In this document: in pieces, positions 1 to 12,956 of the stretch | Position numbering within the stretch: position 1 is the first letter of the stretch | Layout of the letters: each line of letters opens with the position of its first letter | Assembly (NCBI GenBank): GCA_035084275.1 | Contig: CM068748.1 | Span: forward strand, 5,642,001-5,706,000 | DNA length: 64,000 nt | Direction: 5' to 3' | Source: Hydrolagus colliei | Taxonomy: Eukaryota | Program-made: the position numbers and the translations under genes | Notes under the pieces: generated by a model | The model's input: only the letters and a program-made list of their open reading frames with translations | What the model was told of the DNA's origin: nothing | Database searches by the model: none

Positions 1-240
1 CTACACCACAAAACTTTGGAACTCCCTTCCTCAACTCCTGTGCCTCACCCCTGCCCCCCCCTCCCACACACACACACACACACATTTTCCCATCTTCAGC
101 TGAGGCCTGAAGACCTTTCTCTTCAAATGCACTTACGGTCACCTTACACATCCCTCTAGTTCGGCCTCGGGTTCCACCATTGTAAACTGCTCTAAGACGC
201 CACCCGGCATGGAGGGCACTAAAGAAATGCAAGCTGTTGT
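1..240 (+). mobile_element. L2-clade LINE 3' end containing a (CA)10 microsatellite at 65-84
   Basis: tggaactcccttcc (WNSLP) and aagacctttctcttc (KTFLF) ORF2-end motifs, then a 3' stem-loop and gctgttgt tail. Confidence 0.7.
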
Positions 241-2287
241 GTATATCCATTTTGTTTTAGTTTGTCAATTTGATACTATTTGAATCGGTTATCAAGTGGC
301 CTCTAATATATGAGTATGTTCTTGCAATGAATTGCATCAAAAATTTTATCCAAGTTCCATAGGTTTGTTTCCACCCAGTAGGTCACAATACTGGAACTGG
401 CCATTTTGTCTTGAAGTGTTTACTCCTAGTGTTGTTGGTCATATAGTGTCTGCTAGCCTTATTTGGGGATGCTTTTTAAAAATTATTTCTGTTTGTATTT
501 CCTCCTACACTGCATAATTTCTTGATGGAGTATGCCTTTGCACTCTCTTTGGCTCACTACTGAATATTGTCCTGAAAAAGATGTAGGGAACCCTTGTAGG
601 GGACACTTGCAAGTATCCACACACAATTTCCTGGGCTGGAACGTATTTATGAAACTGGTATTGAGGGTGACTTTCTTGCAGTGATAAGTACTTGTGTTGG
701 AATATTGAGTGCAAAGCCTTGAGTCCTGCAAATTTAAATCTTTCACTCTCTGAATGACAGCCTTATCCCTCACTCTTACCTTTCATGTATTCAGTAAAAG
801 CCCCACTGCAAACTAATCCATATGCAGGTCAAGCTGAAACTGAGCAACTGTAATGCACAAGAATGCAGCTGTGTTCTGAGATTCTATTTGAGGGAGCTCA
901 AGCTTGTTTTATTTATTCCCTGTTAATCATTTGGGTTTAACATCAAAAATATTTATGTAGACTGTAATGTAGTACTGTATTAGCAGGCTTTCTCTGGTTA
1001 AAGCTGTATACAGTACTTTAAATACATTTTCAAATTGAAAACTGACGGGTGAAAAATGTGAGATGTGATATGATATTATCGCATGCTTTAATCAGTCAAT
1101 AACTAAAGATGATAGCGGATGTGAGCAATCTTTCATCCTACTGTCTTTAACTCTATAGAACTGTGCCTTGTGGTAAATGCTTCAGTTTTTATACTCGCCT
1201 GATTCAGATTGACAACACAAAATACAACAAAAACTGCTTGTTATTCATATTATGGAATGGAGAAATTTTCACCCATCAATTCTCTCCTTCTACAAGCAGT
1301 TCTCTTCATTCTCATGCACTATTCAGTGTAGACATAATCAATATATCCTTGTTCACGCTGGGATAATTCTGTGAGTTTTGATATTGTTCGTGCTTGAATT
1401 ATAACCAAGGTAGGTTATGGAAATCCGTGACCTAATGAGGGTTTGAATAATGTAAAAGAATGACGAACGTTCCAATGGAAATGTTGACTATTGTTTGTGG
1501 TGTGTTTTCAATCGAGCAAACGCTTGTTTGAAATGACATGTCTGTCGATGTGTGATCTGAAATGTTCTGAAATGTAGCAGCAAAGTAAACGCATTTCATC
1601 TGCCAACATTCATTAATTACAAACCAAGCATGTTTTTCTGCATTTCAGTTCTCTAACGAATTAATTCTCATGACAGACCTGTTAAATAGACCACAGTGAA
1701 ATATTCATTGTGTTCAAAGTGCATGTGCTTCCTAAGTACAAATATTCAATACGTTCTACTGTCTCTTAATAAAACTAAGGATTGCAGGATTCAGTGAGTT
1801 TTTTGGGGGTGGGAAGAGGTATGTGATTTGGGGGGATTTTCTTTGAAAATTGAGCAGTTATTGAATGGGGGATATTCTCACCAGTCAGAAGAGTACTAAA
1901 TTGTTTAATTTCCCATCTAACTGTTATCTTTGATCAAATCTCAGGGAAATCTAAGATGATCTACAGAATAATATCTGTCACGACTTTCATTATTGAATTA
2001 ATTTTTTGCATTTTTGCTTTTTCTATCTCAAAGTTCCCCCTCTCAGAATTGCCCTGAACTGTGCAAATGCTTACAGTGGCAAAATCAATTACTTTTATTT
2101 GTGTTCGGATGTTTATTTTTATTTTGTTCAAAACTATTGAAGCCAAATCTTTTAACAACTGGGTGTAGCTAACATTAGGTTTTTGTTGCATCTCCCTGTA
2201 ATTGTGATATCCATATTGTGTCCAGTCTAGTGTTACTTTTTGAGGAAAACTGCAATTCTAACAGTGTCAGGCCACTCTCAGGCAACC

Positions 2288-2410
2288 TACATGTCGAGAG
2301 GACGTCTCAAAGCGCTTCACAAAACTGACCGGGAGCACGACCTGGGAATGGGGGGGATGCCGAGAAAAGAAGCAAGAGTAGGTGGGCTGATCCTCACCTG
2401 AAGAAGAAGC
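2288..2410 (-). mobile_element. L2 3' end fragment
   Basis: gaggacgtctcaaagcgcttcac is the reverse complement of the L2/SINE 3' stem-loop seen elsewhere in the window. Confidence 0.5.
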
Positions 2411-3679
2411 TTGGCAGTGTTTATTAATCTTGTGCAGTATCCCAATTCATACACTGGTGTCTGCAAGCCTTCGCTCCTGTCAACCTTCTCCTCAAATCTC
2501 TGTAAATAAGTAAGCAGTGTGTGTTCTCCAGAGAGAGAATACGTTCCATATTAGACAAGCTGAAACCATACATACATAAAGCTCTCAGTACTGTAGTTTG
2601 GTTTGAAAACTGCAGCATGCTGATGGGTTTCTGAGTATATATTCTGACACCTGCCTGACAATTGTGGAAAAAAGGCATGGTTTGTATTTATTTTCACCTC
2701 AGTGGCTATACATAGCTGAAGCCAACGACAAATTACATTGCTGTATGGTGTGACTGGATTTAGCTTTGAAATAATTTAGCTAAATCATAATGTCGCAAGA
2801 GGTTCAGATGGAGGCCATTCAGTGATTTCATGTGATCCATCCAGAATACCCAACCTCCCATCCTCTCGTTACATCAAGTTAGTGCTTCTTGATTGTTGTT
2901 GCTTTTTTTAGTTTTCAATTTAATGCAGAACAGGCTGCGCTACTGAGCTGAGCCCAGTACAAAGTATATACAGATTGGCATATTTTCATTGAGAGTGGCT
3001 GAACAGAATTTCCAGAAAGTCAGGGCCTTGAATCGTCACAGATTTAAAATGACAGGAGCCCTGGCCTTTGTTCAGGGGCTTTGCTTTCCAACAGGTGAAG
3101 GTTGTAAATTTGAAAACAGTAATTGTTTAGTTCGCATGTACTCTGCTTGTGTGCCTTACTTTTTTCTATTTGAGAGGGTTCTGCCCGATTTGAAGTACTG
3201 CCTTATTTCTTTATGAAAGTGTTTGTGTTGCAATCAAGACTGGATAACTTCACACTGTGTTAACATTCAAATTTCTACATACCGCAAATAAGTATGAAGA
3301 GTTCTGTTTCATTTCCACCCACCATGACGTACTGGAAGGATAAAAATGTACCACCTCAGATTCCTGTTTGATTTGGCCTGATATTATCAGATTTTTCTTG
3401 TTAAAGTCTACCATTTAAAAAAAACATTTTATTTTATTTGTAGCCTGGGAAGGTGAAGGTCAGTTGTGAACTCTATTGTACCATTAGTACTGTCCGATCA
3501 AATACAGCACAAGTTAAGATTCGCATTGCTCTTTTGAAGGGAAATGTTAGCAATGTTGATGAATCGGCAAGAGTAGCCCAGCCACAAACTCATTCGCACC
3601 TATCAGAGCTGTGCTTTTGTTACCGAATATTTATTAACATTGGCTACTTTCTCAGACTAAAATGAATGATTATGCCATC

Positions 3680-3990
3680 ATAAGTGTAATTTGATGGATC
3701 TGTATATTCAGTTGAATGCTCCTTCTGCCCCAACAAAGTATCCTTTGGTGCTAACACCAGAAGCACATGTGTGGTATATCAATTTCCCCCACCGCCTCCA
3801 TAGGAACTCTATGCATGAGAACTTGCAGGTCACAGTTTTGTTTGTTGAGCAATTTACTCTTGAGATTGGTCAAACGCTTCAAATCCAGATTCTCACATGT
3901 ATTGGAGGTTAAGCAAGGTTTATGTTTCAGCGCTGCCATCGGCAAAGAAGGGGACAGAAGCAAAACGGCTATTTTCAACCATATTTATTC
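3680..3990 (-). mobile_element. Possible heavily decayed hAT transposase fragment
   Basis: Minus-strand conceptual translation with stops and frameshifts: VENSRFASVPFFADGSAE ... SSYGGGGGN ... SGVSTK ... IKLHL. Order resembles hAT FSIxxDxSTD ... YDGAxxM ... SGV ... HxLNL. Confidence 0.35.
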
Positions 3991-5520
3991 TTAAAACTTC
4001 AGATTGTACATTCACAAAATTCAAAGGCTTAATTTACAAGCTTGTTTTCAGCAGCTCTTAAAAAAAAGATGGATTTTTATGAATTTTCAACAGTTGCCAC
4101 AGTTTTAAATTTGAAGACAAAATAGTTTTACAGAATAAGATTAGGTGGAATTTGGGGCCTCCTGAGTTTCAAAGAGAAATGCACGACTTGTTTTGAACAG
4201 TTTTAATGTTCTAGTTGTTCCTTAAGAATGTATTCAAATCTTTTGATTAATTCTACCAGCATTTGTACAATAGTGAGGTTCAATTTTCAACAAACCTGTT
4301 AACCTTCTCTGAAGGAAGTTGTAAGCTGCCTCACATGACTAGAGTATCATATAATGTTTATACAGTACTTCTAATAGTTTACAGTAGCGATAATCAGAAA
4401 TATGTATTTATTATATAGGTGTAAAACTCAATGAATACCTGTCTTCTTTTGCTCATGGGAAAACCCTGCACAACTCAGTAACTCTGCACTCATAATTTAC
4501 ATTCCTTTTTGATGTAATAAAATGGTGGCCCATTGAATATCCTTTGTGAATAATGTAATGATTACATTAGGATATGAAGAACTCATTGAACACATCTTGT
4601 GACTTCATTATTATCACAACCATCACTGGTACCTTCACTTTGCCATTTTAGCTAATTCTCTTAAGCCTTTAATTCCTTCAGTACGCTTCATCTCATGAGC
4701 TTTTCTTATAGGCCCAAAAGGCAATAAAGCTGATTTGAGAACAACCTTTTTTTTATTCTTCAGACTGTATATAATTCAATTAATTTCTCATAAGATTTCC
4801 AGCGTTATTGCAGACCTATTCTCAATTCTCCAGCTGAGTCTTTGCATTTTCTTTATTGCAGATTGTGGGTGATAAGAAGCACTGTACTGTGATCTTGGAA
4901 CATTTCTCACATAATACCCAAACATCTAATCTTCGTAATGCATAATGCATCAAAGCAGATTGTTGTGCAAGGCTGGAAAAATCATATTAGCTTTACGGTG
5001 AATGGCTGGATTATGCCTCTATGCACTGCAGCCTGTTTTGACTAATTTTACAGAAGTGTGTCAAATTGGATTAAGAACATATAGAAGTGTGGAACACAAA
5101 AAAAATCAAACCTTCTCTTGGAGACAATGCTCTGTATAGACAAAGAAACAAGCAAAACATTTGTGGATGTCTGAATGCTGATCTATTCGCAGCAATTTTT
5201 ACTCTCCTTGTAACTTAGATCCCTAAAACCTCAGCAACCTTCGGCCTTTAATGGACTGAATTATTTATTGTCTGAAATAGCTCGCACTAGGCTATATTAT
5301 GTGATTCAGAAAAATGAATCACCCACCATATGTACACTTAGAAGAGCGGAAGGAGGTGTTTTGCTCAAGAAGTTTTAAATGAATAAGTTTGAAACACAGC
5401 TTACTATTTTCTTTACGAGTAGTCCTCTCGTGTTATAATGACAAAATCAGTTTAGTTTGGAAGTGCTACCGACATAAGAATGAATAATTGTATTCTGATG
5501 TAGTGTCATGTGAGTTTATT

Positions 5521-5645
5521 TAATAATAAAAATAATAATTCTGGCATTTAATATAGCACCTTATCACGTCATTGAGACGTTTCAAAGAACTTCACACAAT
5601 AGATTGTAAAGTGGATTGACTGTATTTTGTGGGCAAAACTCGCAC
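5521..5645 (-). mobile_element. 3' part of the tRNA/Deu-like SINE
   Basis: AAT-rich tail plus the same 3' body as the full copies at 8644 and 15013. Confidence 0.75.
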
Positions 5646-5812
5646 TTGTACACATTGTGACAAATTGTAATTGATGGTCTATTTGAACCATATTTCAGTT
5701 TTGATTTCAAATACAACATACATTAACTGTTGTACAAAACTGCTGTGGTTCTTTTGTACAATACTTAGAATGTTCACGCTTGCCTTAACAATGTATCCCT
5801 CCTTCTCTGCAG

Positions 5813-5913
5813 GCTGTTCACACACACAAACCTCACTTTATTGCATTGCATTGTCAAGAGGTTGGAGGCAAAAACTACGAAGCATCAATGACTCACGTTG
5901 ACAATTTTGTCAA
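5813..5913 (+). CDS. INPP5A: INPP5A internal coding exon (approx. human exon 3), 101 nt
   Basis: Acceptor ccttctctgcAG, donor GTaagt. Translates AVHTHKPHFIALHCQEVGGKNYEASMTHVDNFVK, matching recalled human INPP5A VVHTHKPHFMALHCQEFGGKNYEASMSHVDKFVK. Phase 0 start, phase 2 end. Confidence 0.97.
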
Positions 5914-7222
5914 GTAAGTACCGACTATTTCAATGGGCTCTGAAAGAAATTGTAGTTTTATTGGGTTTCTGTTCCTTGGCTGTGTGGAAGTTAAGAGGAG
6001 GTTCATATAGCCTTTAAAGGTTTAAAGCACCAGAGTTCCAGCATGAATTGCACTCCACAAATCCAATTTATATTACACCTTCAGTGGCAATTTGTCAAAA
6101 AGTCCCACATAGATACAGCATTAGAGGGTAGTAAGAGCAAGATGTGGCACAGATAACAACACTGGTTGACATATATTCTGACTGACCCTTTGCAGCTGGA
6201 ATATTGTATCTGCTGATATACGAGGACACTGATCAAATTTTCTGAAGATATAAATTTCTTAGCTGTTCAAAGCAATACACCTCTAACCGATTCACAATCC
6301 GAAGATCTTATTGAGAAATATCTACTTTCAAGTATTGCCACTTTAATACGTCTGGCAACCCCCAAGTATTGATAGATCAAGACATAAACTGTTTGCACGC
6401 CCTGCCTCTCGAGTGTAGATTATAAACCGTGTAAGGATAGGATGCCCCCTACTGTTGTTCAATGTTCCTGGCTCATCTTAGTGATCTGCTTCTACATGGA
6501 AGTGGTTCCCCTTACTGGCACAGAAGTGCAATTGTTTCCAAGTATACAGGGAAGCTCTTGTCACCTATGTCAATGTTTCCAGCCAGATACAGTACTTGGA
6601 TTCTTCTCTCTTGATTGCTGTCACTTTTAATGAGATGCTGTTTCTGATTAAAAACACTCACTTAATAGCGCTGCCCTCATTATATTTTCTGGCGTGTGAG
6701 AATTGAAAGGCAGAGCTGAATGTCCTCAAATTTGGCATTTAGCCCTGTGTTTCGCTGCAGAAAGTCAAATTGGTGAAATTCCTAAGACTATTGATGATTT
6801 GTATCCTTTTGGGGGGTAATCTCATATTTCTTTCTGGTTAAGCTGGAGGTGAACTAGATTGTAACTGATTTCTGGTCACTCAATCCATACCTTTTTAAGA
6901 GCTTTATAAATCCCGGTGCATGTCCCAGTATTTGAATTCCTCTTTGTAATTCAAAACTGGGACTGAAGCCTCCATAAAAGCTAGCTTTACATCAACTTGC
7001 ATTTATGCGGGCTAAAGTCTGAGAGTTTAATTTACCCTACAGTCTTCGAAGAAGCAGAGATATTCAGCATCAGCTTAGGCTGGGAAAGTATAGCTTCTTG
7101 ACCTACTGAGTTTCATCTATCTTTTAATTTCTGAAAGCGAAAAAGTTATTACGATGTTATTCTGAAAAAGAGATTACCTGCTACCTGTTTCAATCTTCAA
7201 AAAAATGTTCCGTTTATTCCAG

Positions 7223-7310
7223 AGAACTGCTATCGAGTGATGAAATGAAAGAGTATAATCGAGCCCGCGTATACTTGGATGAAAACTACAAATCACAGGA
7301 GCATTTCACA
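7223..7310 (+). CDS. INPP5A: INPP5A internal coding exon (approx. exon 4), 88 nt
   Basis: Acceptor tttattccAG, donor GTaagg. Translates ELLSSDEMKEYNRARVYLDENYKSQEHFT, in frame with the previous exon. Confidence 0.97.
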
Positions 7311-7439
7311 GTAAGGACAAGGTTTCTGGCTATTACGAGAATGGGACAAAACTATTCAATAATGTGCTCTCTGTATAATTTAACGACGGCACACAATTGC
7401 CCAACAATTAACAAGAAATCTTAACATTTTCTCACTGAT

Positions 7440-7720
7440 CGCAAGTGGGCAGAACTATGACAGATGGAGTTTCATGTTGCAAAATGTAGGGTAGTATAAT
7501 TTGGATGGAAAAATAGCAGTTGGTTGTATGTAGAGACAGAATTGATGGGGATTTTTTAAATTAATAATAAATAGACATACATGTGGCTTATAGAAGTATT
7601 AAGGAGTGTGGTGAAAGGGCGGGCGAACATTAGGATTAAATAAAAATCTGCCCAAATCGAATAAATGAATGGAACAGGATTGATGGACTGAATGGCCTCC
7701 AGTGTTTCTATGTCTCCTGT
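7440..7720 (+). mobile_element. Decayed CR1 LINE fragments (RT C-terminal part plus 3' tail)
   Basis: KWAEL*QMEFHVAKCRVV resembles CR1 WAxxWQMEFNxxKCxV. 3' end gatggactgaatggcctcc...tttctatg is CR1-like. Confidence 0.65.
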
Positions 7721-8049
7721 GTGACATGTTAATCAACACACACATAGATCAGCAGCTCTTTTTGCCTGGATTTCTTCTGGCACAGAGTATACATATTCGA
7801 ATTTAACAGTGTGAAGATTAAAAGCACCACCAAACTGGCTCGTGGATAAGCCTAGAAATGAATTGATGCATGCATTAGTTTTTAGTTTTACTTTTGGAAG
7901 CTCAGAATCAATTAGGTTTGGCCTGTTTTAACATTTCTCAGTAAAAGGCGTGATGGCACTTTCTATAATGCAGGAGAATCAACCTCAATTATTGGTTTAC
8001 TCCGAAAGATCTGATAAGCGATGGGCTCTTGATTTTTGATTTTCTTAAA

Positions 8050-8250
8050 AGAAATTCAGGAAATATTTCTTTATTCAGAGAATATTTAATGAATAGAACA
8101 GGTTGACAGGAAGGGTGTTTGTTGCCAGGACACCGATTCATTTAATAAGCAGCTTGATACTGTGGTGTGAATTCGATATTCTGGAGGAATTAGATCAGAT
8201 GGACAGAAGGTGCTTCTTCATCCAAACCAACCTTGTGATCTTATGAACTT
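8050..8250 (+). mobile_element. Decayed CR1 LINE 3' fragment
   Basis: RKYFFIQRIFNE*NRLTGRV...FNKQLD resembles the CR1 ORF2 end (FFTQRVVNxWNxLP...FKxxLD). Confidence 0.65.
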
Positions 8251-8334
8251 CAATTGTAAATCTCAGATTTGCTGAAGGGAGCTTTTCAGTGGAAGACATC
8301 AGCTGTTCAATGACTTTGGCTAACAAGGAGGCAA

Positions 8335-8643
8335 GGGAGGAAGTGAGGTGAAGGCAATAAGGATGGAGTTCCAGAGTGTGGGGTGTGGGGGCAAAGAGGC
8401 TGAAGGCCCATTCCACTGATGGTAGGGCGGGTTGAGAGGGGACATGGAGTAGACCGGAGCCCTCTGAACAGAGGGGACGGGCAGGGTCATAGGGAGTCAG
8501 CAAGTCAGAGAGATAGGAGGGGGCAAGGCCGCGGATTACCTTGAAAGTGAGGACAAGGATCTTGAATTCGATCCTCTGGGCAATGAGGAGCCAATGGAGC
8601 CGGGCGAGGGTGGGAGTGATGTGGTCGCGGAGCTTGGTGCGGC
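8335..8643 (-). mobile_element. L2 LINE ORF2 C-terminal fragment
   Basis: ORF 8195..8668 contains RDHITPTLARLHWLLIAQRIEFKILVLTFKVIRGLAPSYLSDLL, the typical L2 HITPxLxxLHWLP...RIxFK...APxYL motif. Confidence 0.9.
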
Positions 8644-8960
8644 ATAATAAGGATAATAATCCTTGCATTTGATATAGCGCTATTCACATCTTCTGGATGT
8701 CTCAAAGCACTTCACAGAATATACTGTAAAGTGAATTGACTGTATATTTGTAGATGAAACACGGCAGCCAATCGAGCACAGCAGTGTCCTACAAACAGTC
8801 GTGGTTTGAAATGACCAATTTATTATTGTTTTTCTTGAGGGATTATCATCAGGCATGTGGAGTAAGGAAACTTGCCCAAGGTTTCGCCCTGCTGGGAATT
8901 GAACCCAGGTCTCTCACTTGTAAGACAAGTGCTCTTACCACGGAGTTGCAGGATTCCACA
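8644..8960 (-). mobile_element. Full-length tRNA-derived SINE (tRNA head, Deu-like core, L2-type 3' stem-loop, (ATT)n tail)
   Basis: Minus strand has A/B-box-like head (GGTTCAATTCC), core tgtgcxxattggctgcc and tail atcaaatgcaaggattatt. Several homologous copies in the window. Confidence 0.9.
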
Positions 8961-9239
8961 GTGATGCTGGAAATTAGATTTTTCACCCCTTCCGACTCAG
9001 GTGAGAGAAAACAGAGAGAAAATATACAGCAGGAAACAAAAATTGATATTTTCACTGTTTAGATCAGATTTTTTGTCTAAACTGGAGCAATTAGACAGGA
9101 GAAATAGATTTATAGGATTAAGGAGACCAAGAAAATGAAGACATAAGGAAGATGTTAAGAATTCAAGACTTCTTACTGTATGCTTAGTGCAATCTAGTAA
9201 GATATGTATAGATTATGAAATGCTGAAATGGGCGTTAAC

Positions 9240-9730
9240 AGAGGTAATGTCAAAGGGTGTCCAATTTACAGCCATTAGTACAATGTTTGAGTGAAGCAAC
9301 AGATTTTCAGTTTTTCAGTGTTGTTGCTCATTAATATTTGAGGATGAATTAGTCACTATACAACAGAAAATCTCTCTTTTGGATTTGAATCAAACAATTG
9401 GATTTTCATTCTGAAATGATGGCAGAGACAGTTCTGATCTATTAGGTTCCAAGAAGCAGCTGTCTCATTAAATTGCTGCAAGGTTTATAGAAATAATTGG
9501 TGGTGAGCGATGCAGGACAGCATTAGCATTGCAGCTGTATCAGTAACCATTTGGTGTGAGCTTCCCTGCTCTATGCCTGATCTTTTGCAACTTTCAACTG
9601 GAACACAGATGATGCAAAGATAACTTTCCAAGTTAACATTCAGACTGAAATTGGAAACGTGCCTAAGTGTCCCCATGGATCATTTTCCAGGTGATTTGCA
9701 AAATTGTCTGTTATCTGTCGTCTTGACTGG
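9240..9730 (-). mobile_element. Decayed hAT (ZBED/Ac-like) transposase fragment
   Basis: One minus frame gives KTTD (9713-9721), MVTDTAAM (~9539-9547) and SCIAHHQL (9503-9514); TPFDITS follows near 9250 after frameshifts. Order matches hAT TTDxW / VTDNAxNM / CxAHxLxL / LxPFxxxT. Confidence 0.55.
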
Positions 9731-10229
9731 TTCTGATCATATCAGTGGAATCCTGTCATTGAGAGAGATCATTGAGTGGATATAATTGAAATCCCAATTT
9801 GCTGTGTTGAGAGCTCGTTAACGTCAAAACTATTGTACATGCCACTCTGAATGTTCCTTCTATTTGCTGGGAGTGTACAGAAATCACACTCTGAAGATGA
9901 AGATGTTTCTTCATCTCAAATTGGAGTGAAGGAGTGCTTTATGTTGAAATTGAACTACTCTGTCCACTGTTCATGGTATACATAGTGACTGTAGTTTGAT
10001 TTGCGTGCACCAGGTGGCACTCATTGAGCATTGACTCTGGAATTTAACTCGGGGTCTAGCTCAGGCCTAAATAAATAAATATACAAAGGGAGCATTAAGT
10101 TAATTCTGTGAAACATTTAACCACACAAAAGTCTATTACCAAATTGAAGCTGTAAATATCTTTACACCTCCTTTACACCGAGCTGCCGTGATTCACCCAC
10201 AAAGTATACAATCAATCTTACAATATATA

Positions 10230-10290
10230 TTTACAATATATTCTGTGAAGCACTTTGAGATGATAAGACCCTCTATCAAAATGCAACAAT
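10230..10290 (+). mobile_element. SINE 3' tail fragment
   Basis: atattctgtgaagcactttgagatg...tatcaaaatgcaa matches the SINE 3' end. Confidence 0.55.
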
Positions 10291-11006
10291 TTTTATCATA
10301 CAATAAAATTAAGATTGTATCTGTACTTAACATTCAAGCATGGCTGATAAATTAAATCTGTTTTGTTGAAATAATATATTTATTAAGCAAAACAGAGGCT
10401 TACATCAGAAAGACTGCACATTAACATTGAATATCTAATGCTCTGGCAAACAATACATTTATGGTTCTTATTAGGATCTGTGTTTAGAAACCAACAATCC
10501 CTGAACACCCCTGAAGAATCCCAGATGTACTCATTTTTGAGCAGATGGCTGGGCATAAAAGTGCATGTGTGTACACTTTAGTTTCCACATAAACCACAAT
10601 CAATCAGTAACCTGCCCAACACATCAGATCAACACTTGGCTGTTCTTAAGTTAATAATATATCCAAGTTTATTTCTCACAGCTGGGAGAATCGACTATTG
10701 ATGAGTAAGCAATAGGTGTGCCACCGCAGAGGTGCAATATCACATTAAGCACTGGGTGTAACCTTGTAAAAGAACAGGAACACAGAACATACCTGCTGCT
10801 GTCTAGGTACGTGCATAAACAAGGAAATAAAGTTCAGAAAATTGAGGGCTATAAAATAATTTAAGACCTCATTACATCTAATGAGGTCTAATCGCTTACA
10901 AAAGTGCCACAATTTAATTTGAGATCCACCCTTTCGGATATAATCAGCTGAAATGACTTTGTTTCCTTTTGGACACCTGCACTTGCATATTTGTGAAGGG
11001 CCGATT

Positions 11007-11172
11007 GACCCTTTCCCCCCTCCCTTCCCACCTTCAATCCCGTCCAAATACATTCCTTTTTGATCGTGCCAATGGTCAGCTCCCCCTGCTTCTCCCCCTG
11101 GCTCGTTGACAGACTGCGAAGCACTCGGGGACACGATCTGAGGGCTATGTAAATGCAAGTTGTTATTGTTGT
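11007..11172 (+). mobile_element. L2 3' end
   Basis: C-rich ORF2 end, then gaagcactcgggg...agggctatgtaaatgcaagttgttattgttg tail. Confidence 0.6.
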
Positions 11173-12931
11173 CAAATGCGATCATTTCCATGATTCTGAA
11201 CGACAAGTTATGTGACATTGTCAACACATGCCACCAGATGGCATCCTACAAGCAGGAATTCTGCTACAATTTATTGGCATGAAAAAAAATAGAAAAGTAT
11301 ATTCAGTTACACTGGGAAACAGAACAATTAATTGTGTCAGACGCTAGATGTCAATATTTCCTTAATTCAGTCTTGCAGGAAAAAAATATTAATTGTTACA
11401 TTATGTAAGTGTTGATGCCCAACTTATTACAAGCCTCACAGGCCATTATTATACATCTTCTCATATATCGAACAGGAGTAATTTTTCAGTACATTTGCAG
11501 GCATTTTTAATGGATGGTACTGTATTATCTACATAACCACAACGGGTGTAGATGTAATAAGTACTTTTACTAACTTTGCCAGTGAATTTAGTATGTTTAT
11601 ACATTTTAGGTAGGTGGTGTCCACTTGTCATCTCAGCAACTTGATCATTAGAAACTGACCAAATGTATCATGCCTTTGTCTCATTGCACACAAACTGGGC
11701 AAAATATTGACCCTCAGGCGATTCAGTGGAAAGAAACCAATAATGTGGTAAATTCATCCTTTTGATGAATAAAATTGCTATTACTATTTATCCAGTAAAG
11801 CACGGCGGGTGATAGCAATGAGTATGATCCCTAACGTTGAAGGAATGACCTATGATGAGACAAAGTAGCTTTGTGATTTGAACCGTTGACCTTCTAATTT
11901 GAATGGCCTATAGCAACATTTAACTCACTCACCTTTACTCTCTAGGCCATCAGAAGAGCCCTTTTGGAGTCTAGTACAGTTGTACCAACACTTATTAGTC
12001 AGCTGCCGCAATGAAAACAACCCAAAGTTGTTTGCTTATGTTTCCTTATGTTAACATGTGAATTGGGTGGTGTTTGCTCATTTTGTGCTAATGGGCTATT
12101 GATTAGACTGTCACACCCTGCTTGCATAGTTTTGCACACACCTTTATTTAAATGTCATTTCTACAAAGCCTGATGGCCAAAGATAGTGTTAATAATATCT
12201 CGACTACTGACATATCAGTAATGTTTTTTTTTAAGAGTTCAATAATAGTCCAAAATGCTGTTACTTATAGTTAATCAAAAACGAGGATTGCAATTGCCTG
12301 AGAAGAGGGCTAGAAGTCACTGAGTTCACCATTTTTTTTTACCAGTTGCCAGTAATGTTGCCTGTTTTTAAATAAGTAATTAATTGTGTCTTTATATCTT
12401 TTGATAAACTACTTACTCTGGCCAGTGAATCTTGTAACATTGCCATCTGTTACCACAAGGGAATTGGTGTTTCTCCTTCTGCCACTCAGTGGCCAAATTT
12501 TTCCATTCTGCAAATTGCTGCTCCAGCTAACCAATTGTACATCAGTATTTTATGTGCAGATGTTTTGGACAAGCTTATTAGTTGACTGCAACAAATGGAA
12601 TTGATACCCCAAAAATCATGGTTAAAACAGCAGGTTGAGGTAAAACAATACTGAATATCCTTTCATGGAATATTGTGCCACAGAGTACCAGAATGAACTC
12701 ACCCACAGGCCACAGCTCAAATCAAATTAAACACTTGTATAAGAAAATACACGTGCAATGTTGATTCAATTTCAACACAACCTGAAAATTTGGCTGTTAA
12801 TAGACAAATTGTTTCAAAAGAGTTCTTTCAATTTGTTTTAGTACCTGTACTTACATAGCAGGTCGGATGACTAGGAGTTGATTGTGAAATGTTTAGTGAT
12901 GGTAGATTTTAACTTGCAGTGTTTGGAAGAG

Positions 12932-12956
12932 TGGGGGGTGGGGGGTGGGGGTGGGT
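12932..12956 (+). repeat. G-tract repeat, G-quadruplex-capable
   Basis: tggggggtggggggtgggggtgggt: four G-runs with 1-nt loops. Confidence 0.8.

Noticed and set aside
1-5812. Preceding INPP5A exon (PENLQKNWLREFYQ-like)
   Set aside because: No matching sequence found; presumably upstream of the window.
8195-8668. 157-aa ORF as a gene
   Set aside because: Read-through of a SINE tail into an L2 ORF2 fragment.
10745-11227. 160-aa minus ORF, the longest in the track
   Set aside because: Partly antisense to an L2 3' end; no recognisable domain or splice structure.
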